From a bacterium (GTDB lineage: Bacteria; Hydrothermota; Tepidihabitantia; SM23-42; JAOAFX01), in the NCBI GenBank assembly GCA_036382775.1, contig DASVHD010000036.1:18657-82656 (forward strand): 64,000 bases of DNA, written 5' to 3'. This document shows, piece by piece, positions 1 through 9,489 of the stretch (positions are counted from its first letter, which is position 1; each line of letters starts with the position of its first letter). Below the pieces are notes generated by a model. That model saw only the letters and a list, made by a program, of their open reading frames with translations. It had not been told where the DNA came from and did not search any database. A program made the position numbers and the translations under genes.

Positions 1-13
1 TGATTCAGGATGG

Positions 14-1885
14 GTGGAAGTATCGACCAGCGGCGCGAACGGACCGTGGACCAAAGCCTCTCCGTCGTACCGCGGCACCAGCTCCGGCTGGATAAGAACA
101 AATGTGGACATTTCGTCAAGCACGAACACCAACCGCTTTCGCTTCAGATTCAGGTTCAAAAGCGATGGCAGCGTCGTTTACGCCGGGTGGTATATTGATT
201 CTGTGCGCGTATCGCTGGGCACGGTGACCGTGATCAATTCCTATGATTTCGAAGCGGACAACGGTGGTTTTACCGCGGACCCGCCGACCGGCGATGCAAA
301 TGAATGGCACTGCGGTAGTCCAACCTCGGGTCCGAACGCCGCTTACAGCGGATCGAATTGCTGGGCCACTGATCTGGCTGGCGATTATGAAAATAATGCC
401 GGCTGGGAGCTCAGAACACCGATGGTCGACCTGTCCGGTTTTGCCGCCGCCTCCTTGCAAGCTGCCAGCTGGTACAGTACCGAGACCGGCGCCGATCTCT
501 GCATCATCGAGGTCTCAAGCGATGGCGGTTCATCATGGAATGCCCTAAGGACTTATTCCGGGACTTCGGCAGGCTGGACCGTTGATACGCTTGATGTCAC
601 GCCTTTCATATCATCCACCTTCAAAGCGCGGTTCCGTTTCACCAGCAATTCCTCGGTCGTCTACCCGGGCTGGTACCTGGACGACGTCCGGATCGATACG
701 GTCGGCGGCTACATCGCGCAGGACCCGATAAAGATCGCCACGAACTGGATCGCACTTTACGTGTCGAACGACGCTACGACCGATGCCGGCACTTACACGG
801 CTGCCACTGAATCTGGTCACACTTACGGCGCCGATATCACGCTCCTGTACGGCGGCGAGTCGCACAATCCGTGGTCATCATATAACACGGTCCGGTCCTA
901 CCGAACGAACACCGATTACGTAACCAGGTCAAGCGGTGCCACGACCGAACCCGGGTTTACGGTCAGCCCGCTGACCAGCTATTACCGCGGCGCGAAATTT
1001 CTGGATGCCAGGACGCTCCAGCAGGACTGGCTGATCACTAACGGGCAGGATAACTTCGAACTCAGGCAGCGGTTCGGGACGCAGTTCTGGAACGATTCTT
1101 CCGGGCTGATGATATCGCTCGTTCTGGTCAACCGCGCCAGCCAGGATCGTATTTTCAGTTTTCGGTATGAATGGGACACGCACGTCGGGTCCCTGGACTC
1201 TCCTTTTCTCAGACGCTACTATTCCCTGACGCCCAACGCGTGGGAGCCGATCGAAACCAACTGGGCCGGTCTAAGCAGCCTGTGGTATACCGAAGAATCG
1301 AATGATGAACTGTCGACCCAGCGGCACTTCACTTCGGTCACTGCGCCCACGTTTTACAGTCCTCCGCCCACTTGCCCTGACTCCCTGTTCTACGTCCGCT
1401 GGGGCGGGACTTACAGCGGGTATGCCAATGCTTTCCAGGTGCCTTACCTGCAGGACGGCATAGCGGATAGCCTACCTGGATACTATGACGACTGCGTATG
1501 TTACATGTGGCTGAACCGGACACTGGCACCCCAGGATTCGGTCGTGCTGGCTCAATACCTGTTCTCACCGCTGGTTCTCGTCGGAACGCAGGAATCCAAC
1601 AGCGCGCCGGCACCATGGTCCGGTCTTGCACTCAGCTGCCCGTGCCCCCTTCGCCCTGGCCTAAAAATCGTGCTTTCCTCTGATATCTTTCGCCGCGACG
1701 CCCTGGTCACGGTCTATTCTGCCGATGGCCGGCGAGCCGCTGATATTTACCAGGGCGATCTCAAACCGGGACTGGTCATACTTTCATTGGACAACATGGG
1801 AGCTAAGTTCGCATCCGGCGTATATTTTGTCGTAGCCAAAGCCGGGGGTTGCATTGTCAGTCAAAAATTGATATACTTGAGATAG
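14..1885 (+). CDS. Secreted T9SS-sorted protein with choice-of-anchor-J-like beta-sandwich repeats. The 5' end is truncated by the window edge; the frame is open from nt 2.
   Basis: Motifs 'FRFRF..SD.S.VY.GWYIDSV/GWYLDDV' and 'ANEWH.GSP.SGP' recur. The C-terminus 'GVYFVVAKAGGCIVSQKLIYLR' is typical of a T9SS CTD. No stop codon lies upstream within the window. Confidence 0.75.
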   Translation: MEVSTSGANGPWTKASPSYRGTSSGWIRTNVDISSSTNTNRFRFRFRFKSDGSVVYAGWYIDSVRVSLGTVTVINSYDFEADNGGFTADPPTGDANEWHCGSPTSGPNAAYSGSNCWATDLAGDYENNAGWELRTPMVDLSGFAAASLQAASWYSTETGADLCIIEVSSDGGSSWNALRTYSGTSAGWTVDTLDVTPFISSTFKARFRFTSNSSVVYPGWYLDDVRIDTVGGYIAQDPIKIATNWIALYVSNDATTDAGTYTAATESGHTYGADITLLYGGESHNPWSSYNTVRSYRTNTDYVTRSSGATTEPGFTVSPLTSYYRGAKFLDARTLQQDWLITNGQDNFELRQRFGTQFWNDSSGLMISLVLVNRASQDRIFSFRYEWDTHVGSLDSPFLRRYYSLTPNAWEPIETNWAGLSSLWYTEESNDELSTQRHFTSVTAPTFYSPPPTCPDSLFYVRWGGTYSGYANAFQVPYLQDGIADSLPGYYDDCVCYMWLNRTLAPQDSVVLAQYLFSPLVLVGTQESNSAPAPWSGLALSCPCPLRPGLKIVLSSDIFRRDALVTVYSADGRRAADIYQGDLKPGLVILSLDNMGAKFASGVYFVVAKAGGCIVSQKLIYLR

Positions 1886-1930
1886 AAACCAATCCTTTGG
1901 CATCTTGCTCAAAGGATGAGGAGGATCTCA

Positions 1931-2101
1931 ATGCCCGAAAGAAGAAAGAAACCCGAACGCCGGACAAAAGATCGGCGCAAATTACTGAATGAAAATGAGT
2001 TCCGCCGTCTCATTGAGTCTGGCAAGGCGACCGCTGCCGACCATCGGAAATGGAACGAACGGCGGGGCAAGAAGAAACGAAAAAGACAGGTCGGCATATA
2101 G
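1931..2101 (+). CDS. Small, highly basic hypothetical protein of about 56 aa
   Basis: A GGAGGA Shine-Dalgarno sits 7 nt before the ATG at 1931. The product is a Lys/Arg-rich peptide with no recognisable family. Confidence 0.3.
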   Translation: MPERRKKPERRTKDRRKLLNENEFRRLIESGKATAADHRKWNERRGKKKRKRQVGI

Positions 2102-2204
2102 AATAATCACATGCATCCGGTGTCGGGACTATCCAGTCTTAAAACCAGGGATCAACCTTTCAAGTATTGACATTGCTTGAATTTTCGATATAATTCGCCA
2201 GGTT

Positions 2205-2429
2205 ATGCCAATTATAGAATTTTGGTGCGATAAATGCAATAAGAAATTCGAAGATCTGGTCTTTAAAAGAAGCGAAATACAATCGATGGGCTGCCCGGTT
2301 TGTAAGGGCACCAAAGTACGAAGGCTTTTTTCGACCTTTGGCTTCATTGGCAAAGCGGCATCAACGGGTTCATCCGCCAACTCCTGCACCAGTTGTGCAC
2401 GGCCATCATGTGCAGGGTGTGCGGGATAA
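2205..2429 (+). CDS. FmdB-family zinc-ribbon protein
   Basis: The N-terminus 'MPIIEFWCDKCNKKFE...CPVCKG' shows the paired CxxC zinc-ribbon pattern of FmdB-type small regulators. Confidence 0.6.
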   Translation: MPIIEFWCDKCNKKFEDLVFKRSEIQSMGCPVCKGTKVRRLFSTFGFIGKAASTGSSANSCTSCARPSCAGCAG

Positions 2430-2463
2430 AGACACATAATCATAATCATAATAAGGAGGTATC

Positions 2464-2763
2464 ATGAGAAGAGAGCTTTTGATCGAAACGATCTCCCAGA
2501 AATTCGGTTCAGTATACCCGAAGGTTGATATTGAAAAGATGATCGATATTTTTCTTGATACAATCGTCGAGATCTTGATCAGGGACAAGCGCGTTGAAAT
2601 AAGAAGATTCGGCACTTTTGAACTGAGGAAAAGACCGGGCCGCGTGGCCAAGGCTCCGAAATCCGGCAAGGATTACTCACTGCCGGACCGCTATGTACCG
2701 TTTTTCAAACCATCCAAGATCCTGAAAAAAGAACTGCTCGAAAAAGTAAAGGTAGGGACATAA
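2464..2763 (+). CDS. IHF/HU-family DNA-binding protein, closest in pattern to IHF beta
   Basis: The signature 'RFGTFELRKRPGRVAKAPKSGKDYSLPDRYVPFFKPSKIL' is the HU/IHF arm motif. AGGAGG lies 6 nt upstream of the ATG. Confidence 0.85.
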   Translation: MRRELLIETISQKFGSVYPKVDIEKMIDIFLDTIVEILIRDKRVEIRRFGTFELRKRPGRVAKAPKSGKDYSLPDRYVPFFKPSKILKKELLEKVKVGT

Positions 2764-2801
2764 TCGCCGCGACAACAGTCAAATAAGGTCATGCCGTAAG
2801 G

Positions 2802-4757
2802 GTGTCTAATTCACTTATCGATCTAAATAACGAACAGCGCAAGGCAGTGAACATTGCCCGGGGCCCGATCCTTATCCTGGCCGGCGCTGGCAGCGGCAAG
2901 ACCCGCGTCATAACCTACCGCATCGCCCACCTCATATCTGAATCGGGTGTCAAACCCAAGAATATCCTGGCGGTCACGTTCACCAACAAGGCTGCCGATG
3001 AAATGAAAAACAGAATCTATAACCTGCTGACCATCGTCCCCAACGATGACCAGGGCATCTGGATACGGACCTACCATTCTTCCTGCGCGAAGATACTGCG
3101 TGGCGCCGCCAAGAGGATCGGCATAAGCCAGAATTTCTCGATCTATGACGAAAGCGACCAGCTTTCCGTGGTCAAAGAATGCTTGAAGGAACTCGACATC
3201 AATTCCAAGGAACTCAAGCCCGATTTTGTCCTGGCGATGATCAGCCGGGCAAAAGAGAATCTGGTGTCGCCCCAAGACTACGATCCAAACCTGCCCGCGC
3301 ATCTGAAAAGCGTCATCCGTTCGCTGTATACACTGTACGACAAAAAACTCATCGAATACAACGCGCTCGATTTCGATGACCTTATATTCAAGACCGTATC
3401 CCTTTTCAAAGCGGACACCGGTGTCCTCGGTTATTACCAGGACCGTTTTCAGTACATCCTGGTGGATGAGTACCAGGATACCAACCGGGCGCAGTACGCA
3501 TTCACCAACCTCCTGGCCGCGAAACACCGGAACCTCTGCGTGGTCGGCGACGATGACCAGTCGATCTATTCCTGGCGCGGGGCCGAGATCCGGAATATCC
3601 TCGATTTTGAGAAGGACTATCCCGACGCCGCGGTCATCAAACTCGAGCAGAACTATCGATCCACTAAGAACATACTCAAGGCCGCATCCGAGGTGGTCAA
3701 GAACAACAAACAGCGCAAGAAAAAGGTGCTCTGGAGCGATAGTGAGGCGGGAGAGAAGATCGAATTTTTCGAAGCTGACGACGACAACAACGAAGCCGCC
3801 TACGTTGTGCGCAAAGTGGTGGAACTCAAACTTAACGGTCATGCCCTTGGCGGCATCGCCGTTTTTTACCGTCTGAACTACCAGTCACGGATCTTCGAGG
3901 AGTTTTTCGTCCAGCACAAGATACCGTACGAGGTCATCGGTGCCCTGAAATTCTACGAACGGGCGGAGATAAAAAATATCCTGGCTTATCTGAGGGTGGT
4001 CAACAATCCCAGCGACGGCGTCAGCCTGAAACGGATCATCAACCTGCCGCTCCGCAACATTGGCAAAGAAACCATTGAAAAGGTCGTCCAGTGCCAAACC
4101 CTGAACCATACCTCGTTCTTTGACGCCCTGAAAGCTGCGGATTCGATCCCCGGCATTGGCCAGAAAACGCGCCAGAGCATAAAAGATTTTGTCGCTCTGA
4201 TGGAGATGTTCCTGAAACTGCGGACGCAGCTCAACCTTTACGAACTGGCGCTGCGCGTGGCCCGGGAATCAGGCTACCTGGACAGCCTGAACCGAGGCCA
4301 GACCGAGGAAGAATTCAACCGCCGCAAGAACGTGGAACAGCTGCTCATTTCGATCAACGATTATATCAAAACCAATCCCCAGGCCACGCTCGAGGATTAC
4401 CTGGAAGGCGTTTCGCTGCGCAACGACATCGACGACTGGCGCGGTGACGCGAACCGTGTTTCTCTCATGACGCTGCATAACGCCAAGGGTTTGGAATTCG
4501 ACACGGTCTTCATCACCGGGGTGGAAGACGGGATCATCCCTCACTACAAATCGGTAGAAGAAGACCGGTACGAGGAAGAAAGGCGTCTCATGTATGTCGG
4601 TATCACCCGCGCCAAGAAAAAACTGTTCCTGACCGCCGCCGCTCAGCGCGAGACGTACCGCGGCGGTTACATGTTCACGCGCATCTCCCCGTTTGTCGAG
4701 GAGATCCCCTCAAGCGTGTTCGCCACGTCCTACGTGCGGTCACATCAGGAAATGTAG
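2802..4757 (+). CDS. pcrA: ATP-dependent DNA helicase of the UvrD/PcrA family
   Basis: Walker A 'AGAGSGKT', 'VDEYQDTN', 'VVGDDDQSIYSWRGA' and a C-terminal 'YVGITRA' are present. The start codon is GTG. Confidence 0.9.
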   Translation: MSNSLIDLNNEQRKAVNIARGPILILAGAGSGKTRVITYRIAHLISESGVKPKNILAVTFTNKAADEMKNRIYNLLTIVPNDDQGIWIRTYHSSCAKILRGAAKRIGISQNFSIYDESDQLSVVKECLKELDINSKELKPDFVLAMISRAKENLVSPQDYDPNLPAHLKSVIRSLYTLYDKKLIEYNALDFDDLIFKTVSLFKADTGVLGYYQDRFQYILVDEYQDTNRAQYAFTNLLAAKHRNLCVVGDDDQSIYSWRGAEIRNILDFEKDYPDAAVIKLEQNYRSTKNILKAASEVVKNNKQRKKKVLWSDSEAGEKIEFFEADDDNNEAAYVVRKVVELKLNGHALGGIAVFYRLNYQSRIFEEFFVQHKIPYEVIGALKFYERAEIKNILAYLRVVNNPSDGVSLKRIINLPLRNIGKETIEKVVQCQTLNHTSFFDALKAADSIPGIGQKTRQSIKDFVALMEMFLKLRTQLNLYELALRVARESGYLDSLNRGQTEEEFNRRKNVEQLLISINDYIKTNPQATLEDYLEGVSLRNDIDDWRGDANRVSLMTLHNAKGLEFDTVFITGVEDGIIPHYKSVEEDRYEEERRLMYVGITRAKKKLFLTAAAQRETYRGGYMFTRISPFVEEIPSSVFATSYVRSHQEM

Positions 4758-4760
4758 ACG

Positions 4761-5924
4761 ATGGCCAGGGATCCCGTTCAATCCCGAACCCAATCGCGAT
4801 CTTTGGAAGAGATCAGAGAACTGTTCCCGATAACTAAAGATCTGGTCTATTTTGATCACGCCTCGACCGGCCCCATGACCGCGCCCGCGAGAAAGGCAAT
4901 CGAAGAATGCATTGACGTTTACACGCGCCGGGCGCAATTCGATTTCAGCGCTTATTTTTCAAAACTGGCGCGCTGCCGCCTGACCGTGGCCCGTCTGATC
5001 GGTGCCGAACCCGAGGAGATCGCATTCGTCACCAATACCTCGGAAGGCGTTTACATCGCCCTCATCAACATCCCCCTGCGCCCGGACGATAAGGTCCTGG
5101 TCATGGATGAGGTCTTTCCGACCGTGCGGTATGTCACGGACTACAATATCCCCCAGGCGCAAAAGATCTACGTACCCATGTGCGGCCGGGATCCGGTCGA
5201 TGCCCTGCACCCCCATGTCGACAACAATGTCAAAGCCGTGGTGATAGATCTGGTACAGTTCGCCACCGGTGAAATGGTGGATCTGCCCAGACTGAGTGCG
5301 TTCCTTGATGAAAACGACATATCGCTCGTGGTTGACGGCATGCAGGCGATCGGCTCGCTCAACATGAAAGTGTCTGATGCCAATATTGATTTTCTCGCTT
5401 GCGGCGCTTCAAAATGGCTGTTCTGCCCGAACGGGATCGGGTTTTTGTACGTGAACCAAAAAAAATTCGGAACGCTCAACAAGCTGCATACGGGATGGCT
5501 CGGGGCAAGCTGGAAAAGTTTTGAGGATTTCGCGGTAAATCCGCCTTTGTTCGAGGACGCCCGGATGTTCGAGCAGGGTACCAGGAATGTCATCGGCATC
5601 AGCGCGCTGAGCGCCAACTGCAAGCTGTTACACGATCAGGGTCTGGTCAATGTCGAAAACCGCATCCAGCAGGTCAAAACCGCTCTGCGCAAGGGTTTGG
5701 GAAATATGGGGTATGATATCCTGACGCCGGCTTCCGGCCGGCAGTCAGGTATTATAACGGCCCGGCCCGACCGAATGAAGCACCACGATGTCAGGCAGCT
5801 CTATGATTCGCTCAAGGACAACAAGATCGTCGTGTCATTACGCAACCAGGCGATCCGTTTTTCACCGCATTTTTACAATACCACAGAAGAGGTCAACATA
5901 ATCCTCGATATCCTGAAGAAGTAA
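4761..5924 (+). CDS. Class V aminotransferase-fold PLP-dependent enzyme, resembling cysteine desulfurase or selenocysteine lyase
   Basis: The N-terminus 'VYFDHASTGPM' and the PLP-lysine region 'ACGASKWL' fit the class V fold type. Confidence 0.7.
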   Translation: MARDPVQSRTQSRSLEEIRELFPITKDLVYFDHASTGPMTAPARKAIEECIDVYTRRAQFDFSAYFSKLARCRLTVARLIGAEPEEIAFVTNTSEGVYIALINIPLRPDDKVLVMDEVFPTVRYVTDYNIPQAQKIYVPMCGRDPVDALHPHVDNNVKAVVIDLVQFATGEMVDLPRLSAFLDENDISLVVDGMQAIGSLNMKVSDANIDFLACGASKWLFCPNGIGFLYVNQKKFGTLNKLHTGWLGASWKSFEDFAVNPPLFEDARMFEQGTRNVIGISALSANCKLLHDQGLVNVENRIQQVKTALRKGLGNMGYDILTPASGRQSGIITARPDRMKHHDVRQLYDSLKDNKIVVSLRNQAIRFSPHFYNTTEEVNIILDILKK

Positions 5925-5969
5925 GTCGCGGGATCCTGCAATTACTTACGCAGGGCGATGAGCCCTGCA

Positions 5970-8900
5970 CTATTTCAGCAAAACGACCTTTTTCAACTGT
6001 TTAAAGTCACCGCTTTCAAGCGCAACGAAATATACACCAGCCGGAACCAGCCTGCCGATTTCATCGGCACCATCCCAAATGATCTGGTTAATTGGTTGAA
6101 TAGTTAAATGGCTAAATTGCTTTACCAGCCGCCCAGCTGCGTCGTATATCTTAAGTGCCGCTTGGGATTTGGAATTTGTTTGGAATTTGGTGCTTGGGAT
6201 TTGGTATTTGATAACTAGATTTTTATAAAATGGATTAGGAAAAACTGAAAAACCAAGTGCTGAAAGATCGCCTGATAGTGCATCGCCCTCACTGACCGCC
6301 GTGATATATTCGATATTCACGTTATCGATGTAAAATCCTTCCCCGATGCTGTTGGTGTCGCTTATGAACGCGATCCGGACCAGGATAGTCTCTCCCGCCG
6401 GATAGTCTGCGAGAGAATACTTCTCCTCGAACCAGTCACTTTGAATGCCGTTCAATCCCAGGGCGCCGCCCGTGCCGATAAAGTCGAGCGTGTCAGCGGT
6501 CCCCGTGCGGTTGTCGATGACAATGACGTAAATACCGTCGCTGCCGTAGAGCGGAACGCTGAACCAACGGTAGAACTTAAGCATGGAGTTCGGCTGGATC
6601 ATGAACGCGACCGACTGGATATAACAGTCCATGTCATTTATGTAAGTGCCCAGTGTTTCGCTGCCACAGTACAACGCATGGGTCGGCGAGAACGCCCTCC
6701 TTTCTGAAATGTGCCAGAGGTTGTTCGAACCAGCCGTTGTCCACTGGCCGGTGCCCGATTCCATGTCATCGGAAAAGCCGGTGTTGCCGATCAGCAATGA
6801 TATCGTATCGGCGAACTGATAATTTTCGGAATGAAAGGTTACAAGCAGACGCGCGCAGTACGATGCCGGACAAGACGCACTGACCGCGATCACGAAAGGC
6901 TGAGTCGCCGCCTTGACGCTTTCCGGATCGACTTCACCGTACCAGGAGCCGTTAACGGCAACGGTCACATAAGGATCAGACGACGTAAGCTGGGCCCATG
7001 TTGAATGGCCGTATCCATGGCCGGCGTTCTCCACATCGACATACAATGATTCCGTTTCGCCGGGCAGGGTCGGTGCAGCGGGAATATCGATCTGGTCAAT
7101 AGACAGAACCGGCGCGCCGATCATAATAGCCGGGGAAAAATCCAGCGTATCGGCGGCGGAGACCACCTGCATGTCAAACCCGACAGCATGACCGTCGGGC
7201 GCAGCCCCAATCTCGATCCCAAAAGCGTTTTCCAGCAGAAGCGAGTCCCCGGGTCCGAGATAATTGACCTGCGCCGTGCTGTCGGGGATAATGGTCAGCG
7301 GATCACTGTCGCGCAACCGCATTTCAATGTTCTGCGCTGCCGCCGTGCCGCAGTTTTTGATGCGCACTGACAGCAATATGTCTTCGCCGGGGTTCGCGAT
7401 GGAGTCGCTATTCCCGAACATGTCATTCAGGACCCAGCCCTGGAAGTTTACATAACTGCCACTCGCGACGGGCACGGTATGCTCCGCGCAAAGATAGTTA
7501 TGCGCGGTCACGGTCAGGTCAAAACTGCCCGCGGATGCCGGGGTCGCAAAAAGGTATACCTGCCCCTGCGCGTCAGTGAAATCATAAGCGTAGGATTCAG
7601 AGCCTTTCATCAGGCACACGAGCGCGCCTGCCACGGGCAGGCCGCTATTGGCGTCGCGGACCGAAATCAGGATCGTACTGGAACCCAGGGGAATAGTTTG
7701 GGGATGATATACGATCGTAGATTCGGGCATGCTGGACCAGACCGGCAGTTCCGGGTCGCCCAGCAGATTAAGCTCGTACTGATGCCAGCGGTACACGTTC
7801 TTTTCGCGCGAGAACGGGATGTAATGGGCCTTGGCCAAGCTCAGCGCCTGTCCCAGATGCCAGTGATCTTCATTGAACAACGAATGGAAGAACCGGGTGT
7901 CAAAACGGTCCGAATAGCCGAACCCGGGGTTGCCCGGTGAACCCCACCCATAACTGGAATTGCCGATATAAGCCACTCCCCCGCCAGACGGGCTGTTCAC
8001 GTATGCTTCCGCCACGCAGGCATAATCGAATGCCGCGGTCCAGCAGCCGATCGAATAAAGGATACCGTTGTACGGATCATTGGTGATCGTGTCGAAGTCT
8101 GCGATATAGATGCGGTTGGGCCAGCCGCCGACCGATATCAGGTCGATCCAGCCGTGACCGTCATGGTTGAACAACCCCTGCCCATCCCGGATCGCGGTCA
8201 TGACGCTTTCTTTGGTCTCATTGCCCAGGCTCTGGTAGAGCTTGGTCAGTTGAAAATCCGGAGGAAAAGATTCCTCGCCGATCTTATTTTTATGCACACC
8301 CTGATCAGTATAGGGATCGGTCCACAGGACCTCGGCCGTGAACAATGCTTTGTCCAGATAACCAGTCGCCGGATCGCGCTCGTAAGTGAGGACTTTATCT
8401 ACGAACCGCTGCGCCTGGGCGATCGTACTCACCGGGGCGCGGCCGACATACAAATCCGGATACAAATCGATGTTGTCCTCGATCTCGCCGTAAGAACCGT
8501 CATTATCCAAGTCCCAGTCACCTTGCAGGTCCGCATAATAGAGATCGCACGGCAAAGTGTCCTCGCGTCCCGGCGCAAAACCCGCGCTGCAGGTCATTGC
8601 GAACGCGAAGCGGCACGGGATGAACGCCGTGTCGCCGCCGAGCAGTACGTATTCAACGCTGGAATCCGGCAGGGTTTTGATGTAATTTCGGATCCTGGCC
8701 GCGTTATCTTCGCCTGGATAATTGGTTACGATCCAATCTTTTGTGCGCACGCACGCGCGCATGCCTTTCTTTGTCTTCCAATCGGCAATTCGCTGAAAAA
8801 CCGTATCCAGCGGCGGATTCGTGATGATCACATAACGATATTCGCCCCGGTCCCGGGTCGCCGCATAACCCGGGATATTGCTGCTGTTGTAGGCAAGGCT

Positions 8901-9437
8901 TTTACCCATGGTACCCCGGGCGGGCACAGCCGTACCACCCTCATAGTTGACTTCGAACCTGACCATAGAATGGAATACCAGTTTTCCGGACCTGGGGCGG
9001 TACTGAACCGGGTAGATCATTAGCTCCAGCATCAGCTGACCGTCGCAGATACCGGACCCGGTCACATTAATGGCCTGCGCCGGAAAGGGATCGTTGGAAA
9101 AATAGATCTGCGCGTCCGGAACTGCATTGACCACACGGTTGACCGAAAGGATCATGGGCGGACGGCAGCACATGACCCGGTATATGCCGGGCAGCTCATG
9201 AGAATCCAACGACGTTACGATGACATCTTTGACCACGGCGCCGGCAGGTAAAGCGATCATGACGCTCCTTGCCGGCAGCTCGGGAGCACCAACCTGGTCC
9301 GTGATATCGAGACCCTGATATCTTACCTTGACCAATGTATCTGTCCGGTCAACGCTGATCATGGACTCATCAAAACGCATCTCGCCGGTATAGGTATTCC
9401 CCAGGATCACCAGTCCGATCATCGCAATGCACGTCAT
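5970..9437 (-). CDS. Gingipain-like cysteine peptidase of family C25 with a propeptide-like N-domain and a T9SS C-terminal sorting domain, 1155 aa
   Basis: The C25 catalytic-domain start 'YRYVIITNPPL...YVLLGGDTAFIPC' is present. Candidate catalytic His is near residue 428 ('LFNHDGHGW') and Cys near 465 ('YSIGCWTAAF'). The CTD reads 'GVYFVALESGDFKQLKKVVLLK'. An AAGGGGG ribosome-binding site precedes the ATG. Confidence 0.8.
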   Translation of the reverse strand: MTCIAMIGLVILGNTYTGEMRFDESMISVDRTDTLVKVRYQGLDITDQVGAPELPARSVMIALPAGAVVKDVIVTSLDSHELPGIYRVMCCRPPMILSVNRVVNAVPDAQIYFSNDPFPAQAINVTGSGICDGQLMLELMIYPVQYRPRSGKLVFHSMVRFEVNYEGGTAVPARGTMGKSLAYNSSNIPGYAATRDRGEYRYVIITNPPLDTVFQRIADWKTKKGMRACVRTKDWIVTNYPGEDNAARIRNYIKTLPDSSVEYVLLGGDTAFIPCRFAFAMTCSAGFAPGREDTLPCDLYYADLQGDWDLDNDGSYGEIEDNIDLYPDLYVGRAPVSTIAQAQRFVDKVLTYERDPATGYLDKALFTAEVLWTDPYTDQGVHKNKIGEESFPPDFQLTKLYQSLGNETKESVMTAIRDGQGLFNHDGHGWIDLISVGGWPNRIYIADFDTITNDPYNGILYSIGCWTAAFDYACVAEAYVNSPSGGGVAYIGNSSYGWGSPGNPGFGYSDRFDTRFFHSLFNEDHWHLGQALSLAKAHYIPFSREKNVYRWHQYELNLLGDPELPVWSSMPESTIVYHPQTIPLGSSTILISVRDANSGLPVAGALVCLMKGSESYAYDFTDAQGQVYLFATPASAGSFDLTVTAHNYLCAEHTVPVASGSYVNFQGWVLNDMFGNSDSIANPGEDILLSVRIKNCGTAAAQNIEMRLRDSDPLTIIPDSTAQVNYLGPGDSLLLENAFGIEIGAAPDGHAVGFDMQVVSAADTLDFSPAIMIGAPVLSIDQIDIPAAPTLPGETESLYVDVENAGHGYGHSTWAQLTSSDPYVTVAVNGSWYGEVDPESVKAATQPFVIAVSASCPASYCARLLVTFHSENYQFADTISLLIGNTGFSDDMESGTGQWTTAGSNNLWHISERRAFSPTHALYCGSETLGTYINDMDCYIQSVAFMIQPNSMLKFYRWFSVPLYGSDGIYVIVIDNRTGTADTLDFIGTGGALGLNGIQSDWFEEKYSLADYPAGETILVRIAFISDTNSIGEGFYIDNVNIEYITAVSEGDALSGDLSALGFSVFPNPFYKNLVIKYQIPSTKFQTNSKSQAALKIYDAAGRLVKQFSHLTIQPINQIIWDGADEIGRLVPAGVYFVALESGDFKQLKKVVLLK

Positions 9438-9489
9438 TGGTTATCCCCCTTGGTTATCATTCCGTTTATGTTATACTCCGGTCGATCGT

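Noticed and set aside
10-198. 62-aa ORF at the window start
   Set aside because: It overlaps the conserved choice-of-anchor-J frame, which is open from nt 2.
2823-3842. 339-aa ORF on the minus strand inside uvrD/pcrA
   Set aside because: It is antisense to a clearly conserved helicase gene, its translation is low-complexity with no motifs, and it has no ribosome-binding site.
6150-6215. Short tandem DNA repeats (TTGGGATTTGG/TTTGGAATTTG) that might be a CRISPR-like or satellite feature
   Set aside because: They lie inside the C25 coding frame and encode a repetitive linker (QIPSTKFQTNSKSQ) just before the C-terminal sorting domain. There is no regular spacer-repeat periodicity.
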